NCBI GenBank assembly: GCA_007376135.1
Contig: VMFR01000001.1
Span: forward strand, 379,016-443,015
Source of the DNA: Parcubacteria group bacterium Gr01-1014_31
GTDB lineage: Bacteria > Patescibacteriota > Patescibacteriia > Buchananbacterales > GWA2-38-13
Direction of reading: 5' to 3'
DNA length: 64,000 bases
In this document: one piece after another, positions 1 through 9,641 of the stretch
Numbering within the stretch: position 1 is the first letter of the stretch
Layout: each line of letters begins with the position of its first letter
Notes under the pieces: generated by a model
What the model saw: the letters and a program-made list of their open reading frames with translations, nothing else
Databases searched by the model: none
What the model was told of the DNA's origin: nothing
Translations under genes and position numbers: made by a program

Positions 1-574
1 CCTCGTGATACATGAACATTGCGGCATCCAATAGGCCGACCCGGCGCAACACCGCGCACCGCAACAGCACGGCCGCGCCTGACGGATAGGCGATATCGCG
101 CACCGTCAACGGCACATCGGGCATCCCGTTCCCGCCGGCGTAGCCGAACCCCATAAAATGAATGGCATTGCCCCAGCTATTGATCTTGGCCGTGCCGTGC
201 AGCAGAAGCTTGGATTGCACCGCCGCGATCCGCGCATCCGTTTCCGCCACCTGCAAAGCTTGCCGCAAAAACCCGGGGTGGACGGCCGTATCCTGGTTCA
301 GAAGATAGGCAAAATCAAAACCGCGGTCCAGCGCATATTGGAGCCCGCGGTTGTTGGCACCCGTAAATCCCGTATTGATATCCTGCACCAGTACGGTCGC
401 GTGCGGAAACTTTTGCCGGATGTATTCCACCGTGCCGTCGGCCGACGCGTTGTCGACGACGACCGTCTCCCACCGGTCGGCGGGATAATCAACCGCCTGC
501 AACGACGACAAACAATCCGGCACATACTGCCGGCCCTGGTACGTGACGATGATGACCGCAACGCGAGGCAGCAT
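1..574 (-). CDS. Glycosyltransferase family 2 (partial; runs off the window start)
   Basis: Manual minus-strand translation from ATG at 574: MLPRVAVIIVTYQGRQYVPDCLSSLQAVDYP...WETVVVDNASADGTVEYIRQKFPH...DINTGFTGANNRG. GT2 N-terminal motifs are present. Absent from the ORF track because there is no stop codon inside the window. Confidence 0.6.
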   Translation of the reverse strand, partial: MLPRVAVIIVTYQGRQYVPDCLSSLQAVDYPADRWETVVVDNASADGTVEYIRQKFPHATVLVQDINTGFTGANNRGLQYALDRGFDFAYLLNQDTAVHPGFLRQALQVAETDARIAAVQSKLLLHGTAKINSWGNAIHFMGFGYAGGNGMPDVPLTVRDIAYPSGAAVLLRCAVLRRVGLLDAAMFMYHE

Positions 575-598
575 GGTCGAGGAATGAGGGACCATGAA

Positions 599-982
599 TC
601 ATGGGGTCGGGCCGGCCGAATCGATCCGCTCTCCTGATTCCTTATTCTTTATTCCCAATTCTCCGGTCCGCAACGCTTCATGCCGCACGATCTCGGTGAT
701 CTCGCGCTCGACCCGCTCCACCCGGGCCAGCAGCCAGGACACGAGAACGAAAAGCGCGACGATGGAGGCAAAGATGAGCAAGTCCGCGCCCCGGCCCACG
801 CCGACAGATCGCGCCACCACGTCGGTCGCATGCGGAAACCAGGCGGCGGAAAGCACTGCCACCCACAGTACCGACCACAACACCGCCTCTCCCCCGCCCA
901 ACTCATGCCGGTGCTGCCGCCGCCAAACTTTGGCCAACAGCCAGACAACGACCAGCGCGGTGATGACCTTCAGGATACTCAT
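599..982 (-). CDS. Small membrane protein, DUF2304-like (GT2-associated)
   Basis: ORF 599..1036; likely start at MSILKVITALVVVWLLAKVW (ATG 982..980), overlapping the upstream GT2 stop as ATGA. About 127 aa with two hydrophobic helices. DUF2304 proteins typically sit beside GT2 genes. Confidence 0.5.
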   Translation of the reverse strand: MSILKVITALVVVWLLAKVWRRQHRHELGGGEAVLWSVLWVAVLSAAWFPHATDVVARSVGVGRGADLLIFASIVALFVLVSWLLARVERVEREITEIVRHEALRTGELGIKNKESGERIDSAGPTP

Positions 983-1653
983 CGAAAGAGACGTGAGAAC
1001 AGCAGATCGCGAACGATCTTCCCCGCCTGCCACCACCCCTGGCCCTTGGCGCGCGAGTAGTCGGTATATCGGATGCGAACGGGGACCTCAACGAACTGCA
1101 ACTGGCAACGGACGACCTCGTCGAGCAGCTCGGACGCGTGCGCCATGCCGTCCTGGCGGATCGTGATGGCCCGTGCCGCGTCGGCACGCAACGCGCGCAA
1201 ACCGTTGTGCGTGTCGGTCAGCGGCAACCCCGTGCGCAGACGATCAAACCAAACGGCGATGCGTAACAGCATACGGCGCGCGGGCGGAACGTACCGCGCT
1301 CCGTCACCCAAGAACCGCGACCCGAAGACCACATCGGCCAACCCCTGACGGATCGGCGCCACCAGCGCGGGAATATCACCGGCTTCGTGCTGGCCATCGG
1401 CGTCCACCGTCACCACCGCATCGGCGCCCAACCCAAGGGCATAGGTGATCCCGGTCTGCAACGCCGCCCCCTGGCCGCGGTTCAAAAAATGCCGCACGAT
1501 GGCGGCACCCTCCGCCAGCGCGGCATCGGACGTCGCATCGACAGAACCGTCATCCACCACCACAACGGCAGTAACATTCTGGCGCAGCCCCCGTATGACT
1601 GCGCCCACGGTCGCCTCTTCGTTGTACGCGGGAACCACCGCCACCACTCTCAT
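979..1653 (-). CDS. Glycosyltransferase family 2 (DPM1/GtrB-like catalytic domain, soluble)
   Basis: MRVVAVVPAYNEEATVGAVI...VVVVDDGSVDATSDAA...; GT2 motifs (VVPAYNEE, DDGSxD, VTVDADGQH). Confidence 0.85.
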   Translation of the reverse strand: MRVVAVVPAYNEEATVGAVIRGLRQNVTAVVVVDDGSVDATSDAALAEGAAIVRHFLNRGQGAALQTGITYALGLGADAVVTVDADGQHEAGDIPALVAPIRQGLADVVFGSRFLGDGARYVPPARRMLLRIAVWFDRLRTGLPLTDTHNGLRALRADAARAITIRQDGMAHASELLDEVVRCQLQFVEVPVRIRYTDYSRAKGQGWWQAGKIVRDLLFSRLFR

Positions 1654-1744
1654 ATTAAAGCCAGGGGGGTTGTAGTTGGGTAGTTAAGTAGATTTAATAA
1701 CCGGCTGCGCTGCTACCAACTACGTACTACAAACTACGAACGGG

Positions 1745-2773
1745 CTAGAGTGCCTGACGCTCCATGCCCACCAGCGGTTTGTTCGCTTTGGTGTATTCGA
1801 TGATCTCCTTCAATCCTTCCTCCAACATCACGACCGGGAACCAGCCCAATTTTTCGCGCGCCTGCTGGATATCCGGCATCCCTTGCGGCGACATGAACAG
1901 CAGCGGCTCTTCATAGACCACCTTGGAACGGCTCTCGGTCAGTTCAATGATCTTTTTTGCCACGTCCGCGATCTTATACTCCAGGTCGGAACCGAAGTTC
2001 ATCGGACCGGTCTCGCCGCTGCGCATGAATTTCACCAGGCCGCTCACCAGATCATTGACGTGGCAGAACGACGATGAGAAATCCTCGCTGCCGTAGACGA
2101 TCAGGTCCTTGTTATCCAGCGCGGCCGCGACGAAATCCGGCAGCATTTGGCCGTCCTTCAGCCGCATCCGCGAGCCATAGGTCCGGAAGATACGGGCGAT
2201 CTTGGCATCCAGGTTATGCACTTCGCGGTACGTCGTGACCAGGGTCTCCGCGAACCGCTTACCCTCGTCATAGCAGGCGCGGGGACTGATCGGATCCACA
2301 TAGCCCCAGTATTCCTCCTGAAAAACCTTGAGATCATCGCGGCGCGGCCCGTAGATGACCGCGGATGACGCGTGCAGCAGCTTGGCCTGGTATTTGACGG
2401 CTAGGTCCAGGACGGTTTTTACGCCCAGTGAATTCGCCAGCGCCGTCTCCACCCGCCGCGTCTCGAACTGTTTGGGCGAGGTCGGGCACGCCAGGTGGTA
2501 GATCTCCTGGATACCCTGGAACTGGACTCGAAAGCGCTCCAACTCCCGCCGTTCATCCAGCGCCAACGGTTCGGTCAGGTCGACCCGCAGAAAAACGAAA
2601 TTCGGATTGGACAAGAGGTGGTCGATGTTGCGCTCGTCGCCGGAGCTGAAATTATCGACGCAAATGACCTTGGCGGTCTTGACCAGCTCATCGCACAAAT
2701 GCGAACCGATGAAACCGGCGCCGCCGGTTACCAGGATGTTCTTTTGGTCGAAAATCGGCTTGGTTGCAGGCAT
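1745..2773 (-). CDS. UDP-glucuronate decarboxylase (UDP-xylose synthase, UXS family SDR)
   Basis: ILVTGGAGFIGSHL...YHLACPTSP...GPRACYDEGKRFAET...RIFRTYGSRM...LGWFPVVMLEEGL matches UXS1 signatures. The ORF-track start at 2824 carries a 17-aa extension; ATG at 2773 (MPATKPIFDQKNILVTGG) is preferred. Confidence 0.8.
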   Translation of the reverse strand: MPATKPIFDQKNILVTGGAGFIGSHLCDELVKTAKVICVDNFSSGDERNIDHLLSNPNFVFLRVDLTEPLALDERRELERFRVQFQGIQEIYHLACPTSPKQFETRRVETALANSLGVKTVLDLAVKYQAKLLHASSAVIYGPRRDDLKVFQEEYWGYVDPISPRACYDEGKRFAETLVTTYREVHNLDAKIARIFRTYGSRMRLKDGQMLPDFVAAALDNKDLIVYGSEDFSSSFCHVNDLVSGLVKFMRSGETGPMNFGSDLEYKIADVAKKIIELTESRSKVVYEEPLLFMSPQGMPDIQQAREKLGWFPVVMLEEGLKEIIEYTKANKPLVGMERQAL

Positions 2774-2839
2774 AGATCGTATTTTCACAGGGCCACTATA
2801 CCACGCGTGCGCACTGGGGAGCAACGCCCGCGCACGATC

Positions 2840-3298
2840 TTAATGGCGAAAGGCCCAGAATTTGGTCACGGTAAAATTCCAGATCGTCGTGAATCCGATG
2901 GTCACGATATTGGCCGCAATGTCATGCCAGCCGAACTGCTCGACCAGGATGAAGAGCGCAATGTTCGAGCCCACCCCGCTGACGACGTTGGTGACGATGA
3001 ATCGGCGGTAGTGGTCCTGGGAATCTCCGCCGCCGACGCGGAAAGTCCAGCGCCGGTTCCAATAGAAGCTCCAGGTGACGGCGACCAGGAACGACAGAAT
3101 GCTCCCGGCCAGGAAATACCAGCGCAATCCGCGCGTCAACAACAGGTAGATGGTAAAGTAGACCGCGACATTGCTGGCGCCGACCAGACAAAATTTAATG
3201 AACTGGCGCGCCCCCCGATGACGATCGAGGACCGGAAACCAGCGCGTGATGACGCGCCGCACCGCCGTTACGCCCAAACGCACGTGATCAGCGAGCAT
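2840..3298 (-). CDS. GtrA-family polysaccharide biosynthesis membrane protein
   Basis: About 150 aa, four hydrophobic helices: FIKFCLVGASNVAVYFTIYLLL...WSFYWNRRWTF, typical of the GtrA family. Confidence 0.7.
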   Translation of the reverse strand: MLADHVRLGVTAVRRVITRWFPVLDRHRGARQFIKFCLVGASNVAVYFTIYLLLTRGLRWYFLAGSILSFLVAVTWSFYWNRRWTFRVGGGDSQDHYRRFIVTNVVSGVGSNIALFILVEQFGWHDIAANIVTIGFTTIWNFTVTKFWAFRH

Positions 3299-3305
3299 AC
3301 CGAGC

Positions 3306-5594
3306 TCAGCGGCCGGGGTTAGCCAGGAAAGTCACTCGCACGCCGCCGCGGAACGTCGCTGCATGCGCAAAGTACTCTCCCTTGAGGACGCCATCCATCG
3401 TCAGTATGCGTACGTGCGGACCGCCGCCCGGTCCAACGCCCGTAATGATCTCGACTTTTCCGTCGTCATCGACATCGCCCGCCGCCAGCGTCAGTCCTGC
3501 CTGCATATTCGTCGCATAGGCGTAAAATTCGGATATCCGTGTGTAGCCCGGGGCGTGGAACACCCGCACCAACGGCGGGCCTGAACGCGCAACGCTCGCG
3601 AGCACCTCGTCGAGGCCGTCCCCGTCGACATCGCCGGCGGCGACCGTCACCCCGGTGCGCGACAACGCATTATACGCGAAAAACTGTCCCCGCTGGTTAC
3701 CGTTGCCGGAAAATATCCGCACCTGCGGCCCACCCCCCGGCCCGGCGCCGGTGACCACCTCATCGATACCATCGCCGTCGACGTCGCCGGCCGCCACGGT
3801 CACGCCCCCGCGAAAGCCGGGCTCATACGCGTACCAACTGGCGATCTTTTCGCCAGCGGCAGTGAATACGGCGACTTGCGGCGCCGCATTGCCGGCGACC
3901 GCCACGATGATCTCGGCGGGACCCTTGCCGTCGACATTGCCGACCGCTACGTTCACGCCATGCCTGGTCCTGGAGTCAAAGGCGAAGAATTGCCCCCGGA
4001 CCTGGCCTTCACGGCTGAAAATCCGCACGTGCGGCCCACCCCCCGGCCCGGCGCCGGTGACCACCTCATCGATACCATCGCCGTCGACGTCGCCGGCCGC
4101 CACGGTGATGCTGCCGTTGAACGTCGGCGCGTAGGCAAAAAACGATTTCAATTCCTTGAAGGCGGAGGTGTGTAACTTGATCTGCGGGAACGAGCCGAAA
4201 CCAAGCGCCGATACGACCAGCCCCGATGGCTGTGCCGACGCCGGCGCAGAAGGACCGCGATACGCGACCGTTCGCGTCACAACCTTGGCGAGATTGATCT
4301 GGCCGCGGCCGACGCGGCCAATATGGCGGGGGTTGGCGGTTGTAATATCGTCGACGCTGGTCAATAGGATCTCGCGCACCGCCGCGGCGCTCAATTCCGG
4401 ACGCAGCGACCGGACGATCGCGGCCGCGCCGGAAATGATAGGTGTGGCCACCGAGGTGCCGGCCCACGAACCGCCGTACGGCTGCGTGTAGCCCGGACGC
4501 GCCGAATCGACATACAAAAGCCCGTAGAACTCCTGTCCGGGCGCCGCCAGATCGACGCAGTCCTTCCCGTAGTTAGAAAAACTGGACAGTTGCCGCTGGC
4601 GATTGAGCGCGACCACCCCAAGGATGAAATTATCCTTTTCGCCCGCATCCAAGCAGATCGGGTATGACGGGGTGAGTTCCAGATCCTTACCTGGCGTGCC
4701 GTCGGTGGTGTTGCCGGCCGCTGCGACGATAATGACGTTTTTGTCGGCCGCCGCCTTCAGCCCGTCATGGAGCGCCTGGCTGAAATCAACGCCGACGAAG
4801 CTCAAATTGACAATATCCGCCCGTTGGTTCACGGCGTATTCAACGGCGCGCAGCACATCATACACCGTGCCGTTGCCCTCCGAGTCCAGCACCCGCAGCG
4901 CCATGATCTTGGCCTTCCAGCTCACGCCGGTGATGCCGACGGCGTTATGGCTGTCGGCGGCCGCAACTCCGGCGACGATGGTGCCGTGATGGATAGCCTC
5001 AGGAAGGAATGCACCGTCGAACCGAGGGTTCGGATCGGGCGTGTTGCCGACGAAATCCCATCCTTGCCAGTCATCGATGAAGCCGTTCTGGTCGTTATCG
5101 ATGCGGTCACCCGCGCGTTCCGACGGATTGGTCCACAGCTTGCCGACCAACTCGGGCTGATCCGTATCGACACCGGTGTCTACCACGGCAATGACCGGCA
5201 CCTTCACCTGCCGATCCTCTTCCTCCAGCAGTTCGGCTGACCACGCGTCGCGCGCTTGAATGGCCGCCAGATACCATTGCTTGGCATAGTCCGGGTCGCT
5301 GGGGAACGCGCTGGCCTTGACGCGAAAATTCGGTTCCACATACGCGACGTCCGTACGCTGCCGGTATTCTTCCGCGACGGCGGCGAGACTGACATCGTCG
5401 GCAAAACGCAAACGCAGCACGCTGCCCGAACGCAAGCCGACCAGCAATTCCGCCGGCTGCGGATGGCTGACGGCCGTTGGCGCAGCCGCCGGCCAGACGC
5501 CAAGGATGATCGCGCACGCCGCCACCACCCACCGCCACGGACGGACCGAGGCGGGCGCGGTGTTGAGGTGCGGCGAATACGGCGCCATGATCAC
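3306..5594 (-). CDS. Secreted subtilisin-like serine protease (S8) with C-terminal FG-GAP/VCBS-type repeats
   Basis: N-terminal signal-like hydrophobic segment. Catalytic triad contexts VAVVDTGVD, HGTIVAGVAA and GTSVATPIISGAAAIV. Five or six C-terminal repeats of the form AAGDVDGDGIDEVVTGAGPGGGPHVRIF. Confidence 0.85.
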   Translation of the reverse strand: MIMAPYSPHLNTAPASVRPWRWVVAACAIILGVWPAAAPTAVSHPQPAELLVGLRSGSVLRLRFADDVSLAAVAEEYRQRTDVAYVEPNFRVKASAFPSDPDYAKQWYLAAIQARDAWSAELLEEEDRQVKVPVIAVVDTGVDTDQPELVGKLWTNPSERAGDRIDNDQNGFIDDWQGWDFVGNTPDPNPRFDGAFLPEAIHHGTIVAGVAAADSHNAVGITGVSWKAKIMALRVLDSEGNGTVYDVLRAVEYAVNQRADIVNLSFVGVDFSQALHDGLKAAADKNVIIVAAAGNTTDGTPGKDLELTPSYPICLDAGEKDNFILGVVALNRQRQLSSFSNYGKDCVDLAAPGQEFYGLLYVDSARPGYTQPYGGSWAGTSVATPIISGAAAIVRSLRPELSAAAVREILLTSVDDITTANPRHIGRVGRGQINLAKVVTRTVAYRGPSAPASAQPSGLVVSALGFGSFPQIKLHTSAFKELKSFFAYAPTFNGSITVAAGDVDGDGIDEVVTGAGPGGGPHVRIFSREGQVRGQFFAFDSRTRHGVNVAVGNVDGKGPAEIIVAVAGNAAPQVAVFTAAGEKIASWYAYEPGFRGGVTVAAGDVDGDGIDEVVTGAGPGGGPQVRIFSGNGNQRGQFFAYNALSRTGVTVAAGDVDGDGLDEVLASVARSGPPLVRVFHAPGYTRISEFYAYATNMQAGLTLAAGDVDDDGKVEIITGVGPGGGPHVRILTMDGVLKGEYFAHAATFRGGVRVTFLANPGR
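3708..4107. repeat. Intragenic near-identical direct repeat (about 90 bp, copies at 3708-3800 and 4015-4107) encoding FG-GAP repeat units
   Basis: gaaaatatccgcacctgcggcccaccccccggcccggcgccggtgaccacctcatcgataccatcgccgtcgacgtcgccggccgccacggt recurs almost exactly about 307 bp downstream. Confidence 0.8.
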
Positions 5595-8056
5595 TCGGGC
5601 TTACCTTCAAGCTGCTTGATGAAGGCATCAAATTCGGATTGTATCCCGGGGTCAAGCTGTAAAGCGCGCTCAGCCGCCTGCCGCGCCTTGGCTTTGTCGC
5701 CGTTGCGGGCGTAGGCCGTGGCGAGCTTGGCGTAGTGGTCGGCGGCCGGCGGATGCACGGTCAGCAGCTCTTCGTAGAGGGCGATCATCACCCCCCATTG
5801 GGATACGCTTTCGGCGGCGCGGATGACCCGCAGGTACTGGTCTTCCGGCACGACGCGCTTCAGCTGGTCTTTGATGATGCGAAATTCATTGCGCGCGTCA
5901 TCGGGACGATTCGCCAGCACGAACGCGACGGCCATATCGATGTGCGACTCCATGACGGTACCGGAAAGCGCGAGGCCCTGGCGGTAGTACTCCAACCCCT
6001 GCGTGATGTTGCCATCCATCAGGTAGGCTTGGCCGAGTTCGAAATACAGCTGCGGCCGCGTCGGGCTCAAGCTGATGGACTGCTCCACCAGCCGCGCGGC
6101 ATCGCGGGGAGCGTCGGCAATGACGGCCCGTGCACGATTAGCCACGCTCAAGTAGAACAAATGGTTCCGGATGTTGGTCGGCTCCTCGTCGACGCTTTTC
6201 CGCAGCTCCACGAGCGAATCGCGCACCACCTCCCCGACCGCAGCGCGGGGAACGCCGGAAACGCCCGCCAAACCCAGCGCATAGGTGGCGTACTGCTGAC
6301 GGGCCTCCATCCGGCCCGTGTAGGATCCGGCGATCGCCTCATGGAACAGCACACTTTGCTTTTCGGTATCCGGCTCCGAGAAAGTGAGCAACGCCTGATA
6401 GATCTTATGATTGGTGGCCAGGAGCTGATAGTTGAACAGGTAAAGCGAGCCGAGCATCGCCACGCCCAGCGCCACAAGCCCCGCGCTCTGCATCGAGGTC
6501 ATGACCGCGGCGCCGCGACCGGCCGGGAGCGGATGCTCATCGCCACGGACAACGATGGCCGCTAACACCAGGTGCGACAGTAGGTAGGACTCCAACGTGT
6601 CGAACACGAACATGTTCTGCACCAGATAGCCGACCAAGGCTGCCCCCAGCAGCGTGGCGCAAAACAGGTCATTGGCACGCCGCACGTAGCGAACGAGCCA
6701 CCAACCGGCCACGACGAACATCGCGATAAACCCGGCCAGCCCCAGCAGCCCGGTGGTAACGGCCGTATCCAGGATGACGTTATGCGCGCGGTCGAACCAG
6801 ATCTGCGAACCCAGGTCCTTGAAGATCCGCGCCGGGAAATGCGAATTGAATACCTGCGAATAATTCTCAAGGCCGTACCCAATGATGAACCGCACGGGTT
6901 CCTCGGCCCAGCCCTGCCAGCTCGCCCGCCAGGTGTCCAGCCGCGACTGGGAGGTCACATCTTCCAGCGAGATGGAGGCTAAGCGCGCCAAGGTCATGTC
7001 GTTCTTTACGAACGTGGTGTCGCGCGCAAAATAGAGGAACAGGGGCGCCAACAGCCCTGCGGCCAGCAACCCCAGGCTGATCTTGCCGGAGAGCGTTTTA
7101 CGACGGAAGAAGGAAAACAGCGCGCCGACCATCAACAATCCGGCCAACAGCCCGATAAGTGCGCCGCGCGTCTGCGTCTGATAGAAAATGAAAAAATCAA
7201 GCGCCGCCAATCCGGCAATGACACCGCGGATGACCCAGCGGTTCTGACGAAGGAAATATCCCGCCAAAGCCGCGGCCTGCGTCGCCAGGAGCGCGGTCAT
7301 TAAGCTGGGCGAGGCAGCCAGCTGAGTCAGCAAGGTGGTTTGCGCCTGCGGGTCCAATCTGGTCACCACGTCGTACCCGATCATGAACGCGTCAAAACCC
7401 AGAAAACTCCACCACAACAGCTTGGCGTCGAATTCGCGGTCACGGACGAAGAAATACGCTAGAAAGAACAGATGGAACAGGAGGTAGCCGGCCAGATAGG
7501 TCGCGTTCCCGATGGAGCCGGTCAACCGGGCGCCGCCCGATGACTTAAGCAGGAACGGGATCTGCAGCCACTGCCCCAGTGAGAACAGGCTCATCAGCGT
7601 GCTGACGAAGATGGAAAAGGTCAACAGCGACCGCCAATCTTCCCAGCGCCGGAACGTATTGGCAACGACAAAGAAAAAAGCGCCAACGTGCAGGTAGCCG
7701 AACAATCCGCCCATCCGTTCGTAGTTGCCCCAGAACCCCCAAGTCGGCTCGATGCCGGTGAGCGTGGTCAAAGCGGCGATGCCGACGAAGCTCAGCACCG
7801 CAATGGTCAGCGGCGTCCAACGCGGCCGGAATCTCGGGTCGCGGATGGCCAACGCCGCATAGGCGACGACCAATACTTCCACGATGGAACGGAAGAGAAC
7901 GTTCTTGAGGACGATGAACGGAAAGAAAAATTGGCTCCCCACGACCAGCGGTAACAAGAGCGTAGCGAGCGTGCCGAATCGGATGACCCACCACAGTAAT
8001 TCCGCGACGGGATCTTCGGTCCGCCGCCATAACCAGGATGGAAACTTGATAACCAT
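5591..8056 (-). CDS. O-antigen ligase (Wzy_C)-domain polytopic membrane protein fused to C-terminal TPR repeats
   Basis: About 500 aa with many TM helices, followed by about 300 aa of TPR-like repeats (ALQLDPGIQSEFDAFIKQLEG, MDGNITQGLEYYRQGLAL). 4-nt overlap with the downstream protease gene. Confidence 0.65.
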   Translation of the reverse strand: MVIKFPSWLWRRTEDPVAELLWWVIRFGTLATLLLPLVVGSQFFFPFIVLKNVLFRSIVEVLVVAYAALAIRDPRFRPRWTPLTIAVLSFVGIAALTTLTGIEPTWGFWGNYERMGGLFGYLHVGAFFFVVANTFRRWEDWRSLLTFSIFVSTLMSLFSLGQWLQIPFLLKSSGGARLTGSIGNATYLAGYLLFHLFFLAYFFVRDREFDAKLLWWSFLGFDAFMIGYDVVTRLDPQAQTTLLTQLAASPSLMTALLATQAAALAGYFLRQNRWVIRGVIAGLAALDFFIFYQTQTRGALIGLLAGLLMVGALFSFFRRKTLSGKISLGLLAAGLLAPLFLYFARDTTFVKNDMTLARLASISLEDVTSQSRLDTWRASWQGWAEEPVRFIIGYGLENYSQVFNSHFPARIFKDLGSQIWFDRAHNVILDTAVTTGLLGLAGFIAMFVVAGWWLVRYVRRANDLFCATLLGAALVGYLVQNMFVFDTLESYLLSHLVLAAIVVRGDEHPLPAGRGAAVMTSMQSAGLVALGVAMLGSLYLFNYQLLATNHKIYQALLTFSEPDTEKQSVLFHEAIAGSYTGRMEARQQYATYALGLAGVSGVPRAAVGEVVRDSLVELRKSVDEEPTNIRNHLFYLSVANRARAVIADAPRDAARLVEQSISLSPTRPQLYFELGQAYLMDGNITQGLEYYRQGLALSGTVMESHIDMAVAFVLANRPDDARNEFRIIKDQLKRVVPEDQYLRVIRAAESVSQWGVMIALYEELLTVHPPAADHYAKLATAYARNGDKAKARQAAERALQLDPGIQSEFDAFIKQLEGKPE

Positions 8057-8240
8057 AGTTCGCGGGATGACAAAAAATGAAACGGAGTAAGCGGAAACGT
8101 AACGCCGCGTAAAAAACGGCGTGGTTACGCCACTCTACAGTATTCGCACTCTACCATACCGCTCCATGACGGACAAGGGTGGAGATTTGCAAAAAACCAT
8201 AAATTACGCTAAAATTCCGGCCATCTGTAAAGAGCTGCCT

Positions 8241-9641
8241 ATGGACCGCGCTAACCGTCGCATGCGAACAACGATACTCGTCATCGGCGACATTGTCTGG
8301 TTGTACCTGGCGCTGTTTGCGACGCTTCAACTCCGTTACGGGGCCGTGGACGCAACGCTTTGGTGGGAACACTTCGGGCCGTTCACCATCGTCTTTGCGC
8401 TGTGGCTGGTCGTGTTCACGGTCTCGCGCTTGTACGACCTCAGCGCCAGCGGCGGACGGACCGATCTGGGCTTCCGGCTGTTCGGCGCACTGCTGGCTTC
8501 GGGCACGATCGCCGCCGCATTCTTCTACCTTGGGCACAACCGGCTGTTCACGCTGCGGCCGCAAAAAGTGCTGGCCTTGGTGCTGGTCGCAAGCTTCGTG
8601 GCGCTCTATGTCTGGCGGCTGCTCCTGCTGACGGCGCTGCGGTCGCAAGCGCTCTCGCGCCGCGTGGTATTCGTCGGCATCCAGCCGATCATCCCGCAGC
8701 TGATCGCGGAACTGGTCGCCAAACCGCAACTGGGGTTCACCCCGGCCGCCTGGATCAAGGTCAACGGCAACGCGGCGCAAAATATCGAAATTTCGAAATT
8801 TCGAAATATTGATGTGCCAACCTACCATGAAGTCACGGGTCTGCCCGATCTGTGCCAACGCCACGGCGCCGATCTCATTGTCTCGGGCATCAGCCCGCGC
8901 CAGCATACCACCCTGCTCAAAGAGCTGGTGGCGTGCCTGCCGCTGAGGATCGATTTCTCCGACCTTTCCACGTTCTACGAACGCATCACGGGGAAAGTGC
9001 CCGTCGACGCCATCGAGCAGGTCTGGTTCCTGGAAAACCTTCAGGAGGGCACCAAACGGCCGTATGAATCCATCAAGTGGATCACCGACCTGGCCCTGGC
9101 GGCCGTGCTGTTGGCGCTCACGCTGCCCATCCTTCCTCTGCTGTATATTCTGGTGAGGTTCACCAGCCCCGGCCCGTTCCTCTTCAAGCAGACCCGCGTC
9201 GGCCAGGCCGGACGCAAATTCACGGCGATGAAGATCCGCACCATGGTGGTGGACGCTGAAAAGCACGGGCCGCAGTGGGCCAGCCACAACGATGCGCGCG
9301 TCACCACCGTCGGCCGCTTTTTGCGCCAGATCCGGCTGGACGAGATCCCGCAGCTCGTCAACGTCCTGCGCAGCGAGATGAGCCTGATCGGTCCGCGTCC
9401 GGAGCGGCCGGAGTTCATCGAGCAGCTCAAACAAAGCATCCCCTTTTACGAGGAACGGCTGCTGGTCAAACCCGGCCTGACCGGCTGGGCGCAGGTGAAT
9501 TTTCCGTACGGCGCTTCGGTGCAAGACGCGCTGGAAAAACTGCAGTACGACCTCTTCTATATCAAACACCGCTCACTCGGACTGGACCTGAGCATTGTGC
9601 TGCGCACGATCGGCACGATGCTTGCCCACAGCGGCCGCTAA
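8241..9641 (+). CDS. Polyprenyl-phosphate hexose-1-phosphate transferase (WbaP/WcaJ-type priming phosphoglycosyltransferase)
   Basis: C-terminal bacterial sugar transferase domain ILVRFTSPGPFLFKQTRVGQAGRKFTAMKIRTMVVDAE...IRLDEIPQLVNVLRSEMSLIGPRPERPEF; N-terminal TM helices. ORF-track GTG at 8121 rejected; ATG 8241 (MDRANRRMRTTILVIGD) is preferred, and ATG 8166 is also possible. Confidence 0.85.
   Translation: MDRANRRMRTTILVIGDIVWLYLALFATLQLRYGAVDATLWWEHFGPFTIVFALWLVVFTVSRLYDLSASGGRTDLGFRLFGALLASGTIAAAFFYLGHNRLFTLRPQKVLALVLVASFVALYVWRLLLLTALRSQALSRRVVFVGIQPIIPQLIAELVAKPQLGFTPAAWIKVNGNAAQNIEISKFRNIDVPTYHEVTGLPDLCQRHGADLIVSGISPRQHTTLLKELVACLPLRIDFSDLSTFYERITGKVPVDAIEQVWFLENLQEGTKRPYESIKWITDLALAAVLLALTLPILPLLYILVRFTSPGPFLFKQTRVGQAGRKFTAMKIRTMVVDAEKHGPQWASHNDARVTTVGRFLRQIRLDEIPQLVNVLRSEMSLIGPRPERPEFIEQLKQSIPFYEERLLVKPGLTGWAQVNFPYGASVQDALEKLQYDLFYIKHRSLGLDLSIVLRTIGTMLAHSGR

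Noticed and set aside
8788-8822. CRISPR-like or short tandem repeat array
   Set aside because: There are only two or three short units inside a coding region, with no spacer structure and no cas genes; no CRISPR array exists in the window.
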